Position numbers and translations under genes: made by a program
Notes under the pieces: generated by a model
What the model saw: only the letters and a program-made list of their open reading frames with translations
Told to the model about the DNA's origin: nothing
The model's database searches: none
Assembly: GCA_027623195.1 (NCBI GenBank)
Contig: JAQBUT010000015.1
Location: 20,062-84,061, forward strand
Length of the DNA: 64,000 bases
Source of the DNA: Chloroflexota bacterium
GTDB lineage: Bacteria; Chloroflexota; Dehalococcoidia; Lucifugimonadales; JADFKI01
Reading direction: 5' to 3'
Part shown: positions 1 to 11,225 of the stretch, piece after piece
Position numbering within the stretch: position 1 is the first letter of the stretch
How the letters are laid out: every line of letters begins with the position of its first letter

Positions 1-859
1 TGACGAGCAATACCAGCACTATATGGCTATGCCGGATGTATACCAGACCAGCGATTATCTCTTTGCCCATAGCGCCTTTGGGCTTGCCGGCGTTGGCGTT
101 GCCCATCTTGGGTATGAGGCTTGTGAAGAAGACAGAAAGCGCAGCTAGGGCCGTTATGACAAAGTAGACATTATGCGGGCCGGCATAGGCGTAGAGCACG
201 CCGGCGATGCCCGGAGCAATCAGGGTCATGGAACTCATCGCAGCGGCATTAAGAGCCATGGCATTGGAAAGTTTTCCCTTTCCAACTAACTGCGGAATGA
301 TGGCCTGCCGCGCGGGCATCATGAACGCGAACATTGCTCCCTGGATTATGGAAGCTACGAACAGGTACTGCCATGTAATGAAGCCTGAGATTATGAACAG
401 CCCTACCACCAGCGATATGACCACGCTTCCGGCCTGCCCCGCCTGGATAATTAGCTTCTGGTCGATGCGGTCGGCGAATGCCCCGCCGAACAGCGACAGG
501 CTAAGCATGGGTATGGCCATACCTGCGTTTACGATACCTAGTAGCGAAGCGGAGCCGGTGAGGTCATATACCAGGTAGCCTCTGGCCAACATCTGCATCT
601 GCATGCCCGCCATGAGGGCCAACATACCCAGCCAAAGGTATAGGAAATTGCGGTCGGAAAGTGAGCTAAATGTCTGACGCCACGCGGCTGTTTTAGGCGG
701 TGGCTGGTCAGATAAAATTTGGGGTTCTGTAGTGTGATTCCCTCGCGGTTCCTGGGCCGTGGCGCCGGTCGCTGTGCCATTTGTGGACGCCGGTGTTGCC
801 GAAGTCGTGGCCAGATTCGAGGTCTCGGAGCCTGGGAATGCGCGTGAATTATCAGTCAT
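1..859 (-). CDS. MFS transporter (partial, runs off the left edge)
   Basis: Translated by hand from ATG at 859: ...FSSLSDRNFLYLWLG...GGAFADRIDQK...MPARQAIIPQLV...NAMALN. These are MFS motifs with multiple hydrophobic helices. Not in the ORF track because the stop lies outside the window. Confidence 0.85.
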   Translation of the reverse strand, partial: MTDNSRAFPGSETSNLATTSATPASTNGTATGATAQEPRGNHTTEPQILSDQPPPKTAAWRQTFSSLSDRNFLYLWLGMLALMAGMQMQMLARGYLVYDLTGSASLLGIVNAGMAIPMLSLSLFGGAFADRIDQKLIIQAGQAGSVVISLVVGLFIISGFITWQYLFVASIIQGAMFAFMMPARQAIIPQLVGKGKLSNAMALNAAAMSSMTLIAPGIAGVLYAYAGPHNVYFVITALAALSVFFTSLIPKMGNANAGKPKGAMGKEIIAGLVYIRHSHIVLVLLV

Positions 860-997
860 GAATCATATTACATAGTAACCCTGAACCAATAATATGTACA
901 CCAGTTGGGCAAATTTCTTTGTACGAAGCAGGGGAGTTGTTGCCAGGGATTAAAGTTCGGGTTGGCCTGAAAAGCATGTGTGGAAAATTGCTTAACG

Positions 998-1030
998 AAA
1001 AAGGCCTCACACCAATTGGTGTGAGGCCTT
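998..1030 (-). terminator. Intrinsic terminator
   Basis: Perfect inverted repeat AAGGCCTCACACC-AATT-GGTGTGAGGCCTT with a T-run on the minus strand, just downstream of the zinc-ribbon gene. Confidence 0.8.
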
Positions 1031-1072
1031 CTATAATTCGGCTTTTAGACGGCTAAATGACCGCCGTTTTGC

Positions 1073-1435
1073 CTAGTAGCGGTAAGATCCGCCTCCGCCA
1101 CCGCCTCCGCCGAACCCGGAGCGCTGCTGGCTAAAGCAGTCGCTGCAGTATACCGGTCGGTCGCCACGAGGGCGGAAAGGCACTTCGGTATCTTTGCCAC
1201 ACTGGGCGCAGACTGCCGGGTGCATCTCTCTGGGGCCGGACCTGAATCCTCCGCCTCCGCCTCCGTCGCTGGCTCCGCCAAATCCGCGGCTGGCCCTGCG
1301 GGACGCTCGGCATGTTGGGCAGCGCTTAGGCTCGTTGGTATATCCCTTCTCGGAATGGTATTGCTGATCGTCGGCAGTAAATACGAATGTTTGGTTGCAC
1401 TCCACGCACGCTAGATCTCTATCTTGAAAAGACAC
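1073..1435 (-). CDS. Zinc-ribbon / CxxC-x17-CxxC domain protein with Gly-rich linkers
   Basis: GTG start at 1435 after GAGGAG. Sequence FQDRDLACVEC...EPKRCPTCR and MHPAVCAQCG...RPVYCSDCF. Confidence 0.85.
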   Translation of the reverse strand: MSFQDRDLACVECNQTFVFTADDQQYHSEKGYTNEPKRCPTCRASRRASRGFGGASDGGGGGGFRSGPREMHPAVCAQCGKDTEVPFRPRGDRPVYCSDCFSQQRSGFGGGGGGGGSYRY

Positions 1436-1681
1436 CTGTGGGTACTCCTCTTGGAAAAATATTGGACTACAGACGATCGCCAGGACGTTTGCCATGAAGG
1501 AAAGTACATGGAGACTGTTGTGTAGAACTAGCCACATCATATCACAGAGGGAATATTTGGGGAAGGACATTTGCAGGCAAAAATTCGCGTTTCATTGAGG
1601 ATCGAAACGCCAGTGGTAACAAGCCTGTGCGTCACGCCCGAACAGCCTATGATGGACGGGGATTTGTAGCTAGCTGGCTCG

Positions 1682-2527
1682 CTAAACCCCCTTAAACCAT
1701 TCGCCGAATTGAGTGGCCATGTCTGCGTCTCCCTCAAGGACAATCCGACCTCGACGCACCGACCTGTTCAACGAAAGCCGGCCCATGCAGAAGAGGATGT
1801 ACGTGTCGGTGTCGACGACAAAGGTAACGTTGGCAGCGGAGCCGTCCGATGGTTCCAATCGAAACTTGTCGCCGGACACCGATACGTCGTAGCTTTCATC
1901 TGCGTCACCATCAGTGAGCCGGAAACGGAACCTGATTGGCTCAGGCAGCGCCTCACCCTTTTGGAAGCCGCTGTAGAGCCAGCGCCATAAGAAGTCCTTC
2001 TTCAGAAATGGCACAGCCTTTTCGCTAAGCGTAGCGGACCTTTCCATGGGGTAGCGCACGTCCCACCCGTGCACGGCCAGCTCGGAAGCGCGCAGGTCTA
2101 TCAGGTGGGCTATAGAGGTCTTGAACAGAGGATGCCAGGCTTCGCGCTCGTACGCCTCGGGCTCCAGGGCCACCAGCATGGAGTTAAGGCGCAGGCAGCT
2201 TGCGTTGTAGTCGTAAAACAGGTCTTCATGAATAGCTTCCCGGGTCGAAACCAGCATTTCGAGGGCTTCAGGGCCTATGAAGGGCGTGAAGCCCATTGGA
2301 GCCGAGGACACACCGTTAAGGGCGTTCTCGATGCTTTGAACAAAGCGGTTGGCCCCCAGTATGAGGTGCGTAACCACATCCGCAACCTTCCAGCCCTCGC
2401 ATGGACTAGCGTAATCGTCGGCGTTTCGCCATATGCTCTCGGGTAGCGTGTAGAAGTATGCAGCCAGCTCGTTCGACAGAGCGCGAACAAGCTGTATTCG
2501 CTCTCGTACCTCTTCAGTGTTAGCCAT
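1682..2527 (-). CDS. Maleylpyruvate-isomerase (MDMPI/DinB-like) family protein with SCP2-like C-terminus
   Basis: SPCEGWKVADVVTHL and ELAVHGWD motifs; C-terminal GRIVLEGD. Confidence 0.75.
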   Translation of the reverse strand: MANTEEVRERIQLVRALSNELAAYFYTLPESIWRNADDYASPCEGWKVADVVTHLILGANRFVQSIENALNGVSSAPMGFTPFIGPEALEMLVSTREAIHEDLFYDYNASCLRLNSMLVALEPEAYEREAWHPLFKTSIAHLIDLRASELAVHGWDVRYPMERSATLSEKAVPFLKKDFLWRWLYSGFQKGEALPEPIRFRFRLTDGDADESYDVSVSGDKFRLEPSDGSAANVTFVVDTDTYILFCMGRLSLNRSVRRGRIVLEGDADMATQFGEWFKGV

Positions 2528-2593
2528 GAATTTTCACCGACGTTGTGATCCCACAAATAAGCCAAAAAAGTGGCGGGGTCGTCTTGTCAGTGC

Positions 2594-3745
<1,152 letters not shown>

Positions 3746-3758
3746 TTAATCCAGCGAT

Positions 3759-4691
3759 TCAGGACGAGGCGTGGTGAAAACGAGCCTCTATGCCTTCCAT
3801 TGCCTTTTTCCCGATTCTTCGCGCCAAGACTATACTCAATGAATTGACCAGCGTTTTGGTGAGGAAGGTAAGAGATTCGTATGAGGTTACGGCCTCTTCT
3901 GTTTCTTCGAATGTGGCCAAGTACATTTCAGAATCATGGTAGTTGGCTCGTGTCCGCATTCTGTATAGGAGGTCAGCAACGGATGTCTCGTGAAGTTTTC
4001 CTGACTTCATTCCCTTTTCGGCCTTTGATAGGTTTCGCCTCGTTCGCCCTTTTTTGATATTTTTGTTGTCTTTTCGCGCTCTTTCATATAATTCAATTAA
4101 CCTTCTATTTCTTGTCGTGCTGAGCGTCTTGCCGATGGCCTCGTCAGAAGACGCATAGGACGGACTCCTAAGTTGATTAAATCTGGAGACGTCCTCCGCT
4201 GAGACCGACAGATTCGGGAAATTGAAATTATTTTGGTCTGGACCGCCGTGGCATAGCGCGTTGAATGGGTAAGGTAAATGGGGAATTATCGATTTCGAAA
4301 ATAGAGAAAGAAATGCCCTGTGATCGATTGGCATATCATTACTGGTTCTTGTGGCAAATAAGACAGCTCTCCCCATTGCGTAAACAGCGTAATATGCCTT
4401 CACTGGCATCCACAGATTCTCAGTTATGGCGATGTGAGGGAAATGGCTAATTGGCAGCTTCTCCATAGACATGACGATGAGCCTTGCTTTGAGGAACTCT
4501 GACGCCAAATCTTCAGAATAGTGGCCTTCGCCTTTTAGTTTCCTAAACGACTCAAGGTTCTCTTGTTCTCGTCGGAGGTTGTCGTGGACGGAATCGGCGT
4601 ATCCATATTCACGTTTAATGGCTTCTACCCAGTAGGAGACATAGTTGTAATAGGTCTTTAGCGAAATGTGAGCGTTGGCGCTTGCTGGCAT
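3759..4691 (-). CDS. Hypothetical protein with HEPN-like motifs
   Basis: 310-aa ORF, visibly AT-richer than its flanks; AYYAVYAMGRAVL and LYRMRTRANY motifs. Confidence 0.55.
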   Translation of the reverse strand: MPASANAHISLKTYYNYVSYWVEAIKREYGYADSVHDNLRREQENLESFRKLKGEGHYSEDLASEFLKARLIVMSMEKLPISHFPHIAITENLWMPVKAYYAVYAMGRAVLFATRTSNDMPIDHRAFLSLFSKSIIPHLPYPFNALCHGGPDQNNFNFPNLSVSAEDVSRFNQLRSPSYASSDEAIGKTLSTTRNRRLIELYERARKDNKNIKKGRTRRNLSKAEKGMKSGKLHETSVADLLYRMRTRANYHDSEMYLATFEETEEAVTSYESLTFLTKTLVNSLSIVLARRIGKKAMEGIEARFHHASS

Positions 4692-4771
4692 ACCTACATC
4701 ATGCAGCCAATGGCGTAGCCATTACAACATAGACGTGTTTTCTTCAGAGTTTTTTTAAGCCAGCAGTCCCT

Positions 4772-6445
4772 CTAGATCCGCGTCATCTCGTTTCGCATCT
4801 GCGCCAGGCCCATGGGGCCGAGGTTGAGGGCGCGGGTGTGGAAGTCTTTCAGAACGAAGTCGGAGCCCTGGCGGCGTTGGGCGTCGGCGCGGGCGGAGAG
4901 CCACTCGCGCTCGCCAACCTTGTACGAGATGGCCTGGCCGGGCATGCCCAGGTAGCGGTCTATTTCGCTGGCCACGAAGTCCGGCGGGAAGTGGCTGCGC
5001 TGCTGTATGAACTGTAAACCCAACTCCGGATTCCAGACCTCGCCGGGATGAAAGTCCGAATCGCCGGGTATCGGCAATTCGAGGTGCATGCCGATGTCGA
5101 TGATGACGCGGACGCTGCGCAAGGCCTGCGCCCTCAGCATGCCCAGGTAGTAGTCCGGGTTCTCAAGGTAGCCTAGCTCCGCCATCAGCCGCTCGGCGTA
5201 CAGCCCCCATCCCTCGATGTAGCCCGACGTGCCGCCCATAACCGACTGGAACCTCGACAGCTCAGAGGTCAGGTGCTTGGCCGTGGCCCGCTCGAAGTGG
5301 TGCCCCGGCACGCCCTCGTGGTAGGCGATGGATACCTCGCCCCACAGCGGGAATCGCGTCTTGCCTCCCGTGGGGTACCAGGTGCGCCCAGGTCGGCTGA
5401 AGTCTTCAGAGGGCGACGTGTAGTACATGGCCAGCGCTCCGCCTGGCGGCGCGATCATGGCCTCGATTTTCTTTATCGGCTCGGCGATGTCGAAGTGGGT
5501 GCCGTTAAGCTCGGCGATGGTCCTGTCCTGCAGGTCCTGCATCCACCGCTGGAAGGCGTCCACGCCCTCGATGGCACGAGCGGGGTCGCTCTCCAGTAGG
5601 GCTTTGGCCTCTTCGACGGAGCCGCCGGGCAGAATCTTATCCGCCGTCTTGGCCATCTCGCTCTCGACCCAACGAAGCTGCTCCCAGCCCCAGGCGTAGG
5701 TGTCCTCCAGGTCCAGCTCGATGCCGTTGAAGGCCCGCGCGGACAGTGCGTATCGCTCCTTGCCAACGGGGTCGCGGTCGTCGGCTTTAGGAGCGTACTC
5801 GTTAGTGAGGTAGCTGCCCATATCCGCATAAGCTTTTGCTGCCGCGTTGGCTCCGGCCTCAAGGTCTCTTTGCAGGGCAGGGGAGGAAATACCTGACTTT
5901 CCAAAAGATTCGAGAAGGCCGTGGAAGAAGGATGGCTGGCCGGTCTGACCGCTCCAGGTATGGGCCTGCTTGGCGCACTCCTCGGCCTGCCGCTTGCTGC
6001 TGGACGTGCCGACGCGCTGGCCCTCCTCCAGGGTGCGGCGGTAGCTGGCCAGTCCCTCGGGTACCAGGCTCAGGCGGGACGCGATGTTGCGCCACTGCTC
6101 CTCGGTGTCGCGGGCCATCAGGTCGAAGGTCATGCGTAGGCCCTGGAACGGGCTACCCAGCACTCGCAGGTTGCGCAGGTGCTCGCCAGCATCGTAGATG
6201 TCCAGGTCGGTTCGCATGTCGTCCAGCATGGCGTCTCTGGCGATGCGGTCGCGCTCGTTCTGTGGCTCGGTGGCCTCCAGTGCGGCGACGGTCTGGCGGG
6301 CCAGGGCTGCGTTGGCGTCCGCTCCGTCGGGCGAGTAGTCGGACATGCGGTCGTCGTGGCCCGGCACGCCCATGTTGGTGGCGCTCACCGGATTCTGGGC
6401 GGCGTACCGCTCCACGTAGTCGTTGGCTATCTCATATATTTTCAT
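4772..6445 (-). CDS. DUF885 family protein (metallopeptidase-like)
   Basis: YHEGVPGHH, YIEGWGLYAE and PGQAISYKVG motifs. Confidence 0.9.
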   Translation of the reverse strand: MKIYEIANDYVERYAAQNPVSATNMGVPGHDDRMSDYSPDGADANAALARQTVAALEATEPQNERDRIARDAMLDDMRTDLDIYDAGEHLRNLRVLGSPFQGLRMTFDLMARDTEEQWRNIASRLSLVPEGLASYRRTLEEGQRVGTSSSKRQAEECAKQAHTWSGQTGQPSFFHGLLESFGKSGISSPALQRDLEAGANAAAKAYADMGSYLTNEYAPKADDRDPVGKERYALSARAFNGIELDLEDTYAWGWEQLRWVESEMAKTADKILPGGSVEEAKALLESDPARAIEGVDAFQRWMQDLQDRTIAELNGTHFDIAEPIKKIEAMIAPPGGALAMYYTSPSEDFSRPGRTWYPTGGKTRFPLWGEVSIAYHEGVPGHHFERATAKHLTSELSRFQSVMGGTSGYIEGWGLYAERLMAELGYLENPDYYLGMLRAQALRSVRVIIDIGMHLELPIPGDSDFHPGEVWNPELGLQFIQQRSHFPPDFVASEIDRYLGMPGQAISYKVGEREWLSARADAQRRQGSDFVLKDFHTRALNLGPMGLAQMRNEMTRI

Positions 6446-6506
6446 ATTTTCATTTTCGAAAAAGGGTTTAGGGATATTCGATTGACGAACCGGCTACTAA
6501 GGCCAG

Positions 6507-7046
6507 TCACGATACCTTTGCCTTCGGCGGAGTGCCATCCTTATACTTCCGGCCTCGTTCTGCCGTGGTGCGGTCCTTGACATGCTCCATAACTGGCACG
6601 CCGTAGCCGCAACTGGTGACCGTCTGCTCCACGTTGATCTCGATGGCCTGCCGCAAGGGAAGCGCGATGTAGTCGGACTGGTTTCCCTGTAGCAGGTCTG
6701 CTATGGGCGAGTCGTCCAGCGGAGTGACGCTGGCGTGCCCGTACAGGCGAATGACGGCAGCGTTCTCTCCGTCGAATGCGCAGACCATCACGGTGATGGG
6801 GCCGCCTAGGGTTGCGTGGCGAGCTGTCTCGTTGCCGCTGCCCACGTAGTCGAGAAACGCCACATGGTTCCTGTCCAAGATGTGCAGAGGCACGCCGCCC
6901 TTGGGAGAGAGGTTTATCGCGCCCTGTCCGCCCGGACCGCCGCCAAGGTCAGGGCTGGCGCTGGCCACGAAAAATAGCGGAGCGCTCTTGATTAGTTCGG
7001 CCTGCTCGTCGGTAATGGATGGGTAGAAGGTCGCCACAGGTGTCAC
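6507..7046 (-). CDS. Pyridoxamine 5'-phosphate oxidase-like family protein
   Basis: FFVASA, NLSPKG, DYVGSGNET and SCGYGVP motifs. Confidence 0.85.
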   Translation of the reverse strand: MTPVATFYPSITDEQAELIKSAPLFFVASASPDLGGGPGGQGAINLSPKGGVPLHILDRNHVAFLDYVGSGNETARHATLGGPITVMVCAFDGENAAVIRLYGHASVTPLDDSPIADLLQGNQSDYIALPLRQAIEINVEQTVTSCGYGVPVMEHVKDRTTAERGRKYKDGTPPKAKVS

Positions 7047-7086
7047 CTCCGCATGAACTTGGATCGGCCTCGGGCTTTGGCCTATG

Positions 7087-8388
7087 TTACCAGTTAGCTA
7101 GAAAATTCTTGTAGGTGCTGCGTCCGGCGAACTTGGCCTTTGAGCCAAGCTCCTCCTCGATGCGCAGCAGGCGGTTGTACTTGGCAGTGCGCTCGCCGCG
7201 TGCAGGCGCGCCGGATTTGAGTTGGCCCGCGCTGGTCCCAACTGCCAGGTCAGCGATGGTTGTGTCTTCGGTCTCGCCGGACCTGTGGCTGATGACGGCG
7301 TTCCAGCCGGCAGCATGGGTGAGCTTGATGGCATCCAGTGTCTCGCTGACGGTGCCGATCTGGTTCAGTTTAATGAGAACGGCGTTGGTAGCGCTAAGGT
7401 TGATGCCCTTTTCGATGCGGCTTGGGCTGGTGGTGTACAGGTCGTCGCCCACTAACTGCACCTTGTCGCCAAACCTGCTGACCGTTTCGCTCCAGCCGTT
7501 CCAGTCCTCCTCGTCGATGCCGTCCTCGATGCTGATAATGGGGTAGTCCTTAATCCAGCCCTCGTACATACCGATTAGGGCGTGCGTGGAGTGCTCTACC
7601 TTATCTAGAGCCAGCGCATAATGGCCATTGCCGTTATGCGAAAAAAGCTCCGATGCTGCGACGTCCAACGCGATGAAGCACTGCACACCGGGCTGGTAGC
7701 CTGCTTTCTCAATGGCAGCAATTATCAGGTCGGCCGCCTGCCGATTGGACTGCAGGGCTGGTGCAAATCCGCCCTCGTCACCTACTCCGGTGCCGAGGCC
7801 CTTGTCCCGAAGGCTCTGGGCCAGTGTATGGTAAATCTCCACCCCCGCCCGTATGGATTCCGCGAAGGTGTCGAACCCGGCGGGGACCACCATGAACTCC
7901 TGGAAGTCGGTGGAGTTTTCGGCGTGCCTGCCTCCGTTGATGATGTTGAGCATAGGGACCGGCAGCGTAACGTCCTTGCCGCCGCTGAGGTAGCTGTACA
8001 GAGGCATTTTCTCGCTGTCGGCTGCTGCTCTGGCCACGGCCATGGAGACTCCCAGAATGGCATTGGCGCCCAACTGGGACTTGTTCTCTGTGCCGTCCAG
8101 CTTCAGCATTACGTCGTCGATGGCTTTCTGGTCTGTCGCGACTTGGCCTCTGACGACCGGCGCTATACGTTCGTTTACGTTGGCTATGGCTTTTAGAACG
8201 CCACGGCCCATGAAGCGGTTGCTATCATTATCCCGCAACTCAAGCGCCTCGAATTTGCCGGTGCTGGCTCCTGACGGGACCAGGGCGCGCCCGCTACTGC
8301 CGTCGGCTAGCGTGACGTCGACCTCTACTGTCGGGTTGCCGCGTGAGTCCAGAACTTCCCTGGCGTGTACCTCTGATATTGTGCTCAT
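7087..8388 (-). CDS. eno: Enolase
   Basis: [46 protein letters not shown]. Confidence 0.98.
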   Translation of the reverse strand: MSTISEVHAREVLDSRGNPTVEVDVTLADGSSGRALVPSGASTGKFEALELRDNDSNRFMGRGVLKAIANVNERIAPVVRGQVATDQKAIDDVMLKLDGTENKSQLGANAILGVSMAVARAAADSEKMPLYSYLSGGKDVTLPVPMLNIINGGRHAENSTDFQEFMVVPAGFDTFAESIRAGVEIYHTLAQSLRDKGLGTGVGDEGGFAPALQSNRQAADLIIAAIEKAGYQPGVQCFIALDVAASELFSHNGNGHYALALDKVEHSTHALIGMYEGWIKDYPIISIEDGIDEEDWNGWSETVSRFGDKVQLVGDDLYTTSPSRIEKGINLSATNAVLIKLNQIGTVSETLDAIKLTHAAGWNAVISHRSGETEDTTIADLAVGTSAGQLKSGAPARGERTAKYNRLLRIEEELGSKAKFAGRSTYKNFLANW

Positions 8389-8697
8389 ATACCTTCTATC
8401 TATTCCGCCTGGCTAGCTTACCGCCAACCTGTTCGTCCAATTAGCAATCCGGGGTCTGGCATTTCAGTCACCGATGACCTAAATAATCAAGAAAGGTTTT
8501 CCCGAAGTTCGCTAATTTGGCAACACGATTATATATCATGGTGGAGGGGCTTTGACACGCCACGCCAGGGTCCCCCTTAGAATGATCAGGCCGATGGTTC
8601 AGGCGTTCCGGGGAATGGCTCAGTACGCGAACGGGTTAAGCCAAATCCCGACAAGTGAACAGACGGCTGTTTTAATGGTGGGGAACTGTCGAACACA

Positions 8698-9570
8698 TTG
8701 GATATGAACCAAGAGCTAACAAGTGAAGACCAGTTCTTCGAAGCCGAAGACGGGGCCCGGCTGGCTTATTACGTATGGAATCGTCAGGCGCCTTCGAAGT
8801 GCCGGGCGTTGGTTTTAATACTGCACGGTATTGGATTCCATGCCCGGCCCTATAAAGTGGTGGCTGAATCATCGGAAGTGCTGGGCGCGACCTTCGCTGC
8901 CTTGGACCTTCGGGGACATGGGCGCTCTGGTGGGCCCATCGGCGAAATGCCGCCCGCGGCCAGGGTTTTACAGGACATAGAGGACTGGATAGAGCATCTT
9001 CAGGCATCATTTCTGGGTGTGCCGATATTTCTAATTGCAGAAAGCATGTCCGGCCCTTACGGTATGTTGTACGCACTGGACCACCCAGGCGGCGTGGACG
9101 GCCTGATACTGGTGACCCCAGCCGTCGTCCCGGGTTGGCGACAAACCCTTATGGGTGATTCCTTGAGTGACTTGGTATCCCTGGCCTTAGCACCCTCGCG
9201 ACCCTCCATCGACCTTTCTGGCCCTCGACTTCGGATGGGTTCAAACGATGCTGTATTCCCAGAGCTTCGGATTAGCGACCCGGATGCTATGCAGTCCGTA
9301 AGCCCCCGTTACCTATCAAGAATTGGGGAGACCGTTGGCCGGTTAATGGTGCGTCGTTCCCTCACCACTAAAACCCCGGTGCTGATTCTGCATGGTGAAC
9401 GCGACAAGATCCTTTCGCCCGTTGGCTCGCGGATACTTTATCACCGGCTAAAGTCACCAGACAAAAGCTTGTTGATTCTACCCGGCGCCAATCACACCTT
9501 ATTTTGGGACCAGTCCAGTCATGCAATCTTCTCCGTAATAAGCAACTGGATCAGTGGTCGTATCAGGTAG
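8698..9570 (+). CDS. Alpha/beta hydrolase (lysophospholipase/monoacylglycerol lipase-like)
   Basis: LHG, DLRGHGRS, ESMSG nucleophile elbow, HGERD, GANH. Confidence 0.8.
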   Translation: MDMNQELTSEDQFFEAEDGARLAYYVWNRQAPSKCRALVLILHGIGFHARPYKVVAESSEVLGATFAALDLRGHGRSGGPIGEMPPAARVLQDIEDWIEHLQASFLGVPIFLIAESMSGPYGMLYALDHPGGVDGLILVTPAVVPGWRQTLMGDSLSDLVSLALAPSRPSIDLSGPRLRMGSNDAVFPELRISDPDAMQSVSPRYLSRIGETVGRLMVRRSLTTKTPVLILHGERDKILSPVGSRILYHRLKSPDKSLLILPGANHTLFWDQSSHAIFSVISNWISGRIR

Positions 9571-9691
9571 TTTGACCGGAAAACTTGGTAGGCCGGACTA
9601 TATGGCACGTAGAGAATATCGCGAAAGCTGTCTACAGTATTTAAGGAACGTCTAAACGAACCGCAGTTAGCTGCCTTGCAAGGAATTCGTT

Positions 9692-10588
9692 ATGTTAGTG
9701 CTTTTACGCAACATGTTTAGCGGCAAGCAAATTCGCCGCCGGGGGGATGGAGACCGCCAGCCTACGGCTCTAATCACCGGGGCGTCCTCGGGTATAGGCC
9801 GCGTAACGGCCGTTTACTTGGCGGAGCGTGGCTTCCACGTCATTGCTACCTCTCGTTCGCTGGACCGCCTGGATGGACTCCGGGATGAGATGGCTGAGAG
9901 GCGGCTGGCCTTCACCCCGGTGGAGTTGGACATCAACAGGAACGAGGGCGTTAACAGGGTGATGCCGGGAGTAATGGCCGACCACGGCCCCATAGACGTG
10001 CTGGTCAACAATGCGGCTTACAGCTTATGGGGGCCAATCCAGACGCTGTCAATATCCGAGATGAAGACCATGTTTGAGACCAACTACTTCGGAGTGGTAC
10101 GCATGATCCACAGCGTTCTGCCCGCCATGATCGAGCAGGGCAGCGGAATCATCGTCAACGTCAGCTCCGTGCTGGGGCGCATGGCTACGCCCTTTAACGG
10201 CGCATACTCCTCCAGCAAGTTCGCGCTGGAGGGCATGAGCGAGTCGTTAAGGACCGAGGTGAAGCCTTTCGGTGTAAAGGTTGCGCTGGTGGAGCCAGGA
10301 CTTTTCAACACCAACTTCCAGCAGAATATGGTTACGGCGGAAGGGGTGGATGGGCAGGAGACGGTGTACACGCCGCTAATTGAGCGGTATCGCAAGAACC
10401 ACGACCGCTTCCAGAATTTGGGCAAGGACCCTATCAAGGTGGCCAGGGTAATTCACACCATCATAGAGTCACGGAATCCGCCGTTCCGAAATCCAGTGGG
10501 TGCGGAGGCCAGGGCAGGAATATTCGGCACGCGAGTGCTGCCGGAGAAGATCTACTGGCCGCTGTTGGATAAGGCGACGATGCGGTAG
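9692..10588 (+). CDS. SDR family oxidoreductase
   Basis: TGASSGIG, NNA, YSSSK; start could be 9713. Confidence 0.9.
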   Translation: MLVLLRNMFSGKQIRRRGDGDRQPTALITGASSGIGRVTAVYLAERGFHVIATSRSLDRLDGLRDEMAERRLAFTPVELDINRNEGVNRVMPGVMADHGPIDVLVNNAAYSLWGPIQTLSISEMKTMFETNYFGVVRMIHSVLPAMIEQGSGIIVNVSSVLGRMATPFNGAYSSSKFALEGMSESLRTEVKPFGVKVALVEPGLFNTNFQQNMVTAEGVDGQETVYTPLIERYRKNHDRFQNLGKDPIKVARVIHTIIESRNPPFRNPVGAEARAGIFGTRVLPEKIYWPLLDKATMR

Positions 10589-10613
10589 ATTTTGGATAGA
10601 CTGGGGAAAAGGT

Positions 10614-11129
10614 ATGCTACCACGACCCCGTCGTCTAACCAATGCAAATAGCATGGTAGTTCGCGTCATTGAAGAGCCCGATGTCGCCGAGTTGGGCACT
10701 GCTCTTGCCCCGGATGTCAGTGTGCGGCAAGTGGAAAATCGATGGGCTGAGCACCAGCAAGGTCATCGGCAGACCCTTGTGGCGCTGCTGGATGACGTTC
10801 CTGTCGGCACAGTGAGTTCCGGCGGGACGCGACACAAGGAGCCCGATTCTTTGAGGATGTTCGCCCTGGACGTAGAAGAATCGTATCGGCGGCGCGGAAT
10901 TGGAATGGCGTTAATCGTCACTGTCGAAGAAGAGGCACTACGGCTAGGGCTCCGTCACGTCAGCCTGGAAGTCGACATTGAGAACGAAAGAGCGATTCGC
11001 CTATATGAAGGGCTTGGTGATATGCGGTTAGGGGAACCTGTACTCAATCGCTGGATGCAGTTGACGGATGATGGCGAAGGCCGTGAAGTAGAGAGCCTTT
11101 CCTGGAATATGGCCAAAGAGATACGATAA
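10614..11129 (+). CDS. GNAT family N-acetyltransferase
   Basis: YRRRGIG acetyl-CoA motif and NERAIRLYEGLG; start at 10614 or 10653. Confidence 0.8.
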   Translation: MLPRPRRLTNANSMVVRVIEEPDVAELGTALAPDVSVRQVENRWAEHQQGHRQTLVALLDDVPVGTVSSGGTRHKEPDSLRMFALDVEESYRRRGIGMALIVTVEEEALRLGLRHVSLEVDIENERAIRLYEGLGDMRLGEPVLNRWMQLTDDGEGREVESLSWNMAKEIR

Positions 11130-11165
11130 TAGGGACTAGCGTGGAATTACTCGTGTTGCTGCCTC

Positions 11166-11200
11166 GACCAGTGGGGTGCTTCGACGACACCTCACTGGTC
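11166..11200. terminator. Hairpin between convergent genes
   Basis: GACCAGTGGGGTG / CACCTCACTGGTC inverted repeat; no strong U-tract. Confidence 0.5.
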
Positions 11201-11225
11201 ATACGAGTTCAAAAGCTGCCTATTA

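Noticed and set aside
8552..8583. Canonical TTGACA/TAGAAT promoter pair
   Set aside because: The spacer is 20 nt, too long to call the two boxes one standard sigma70 promoter
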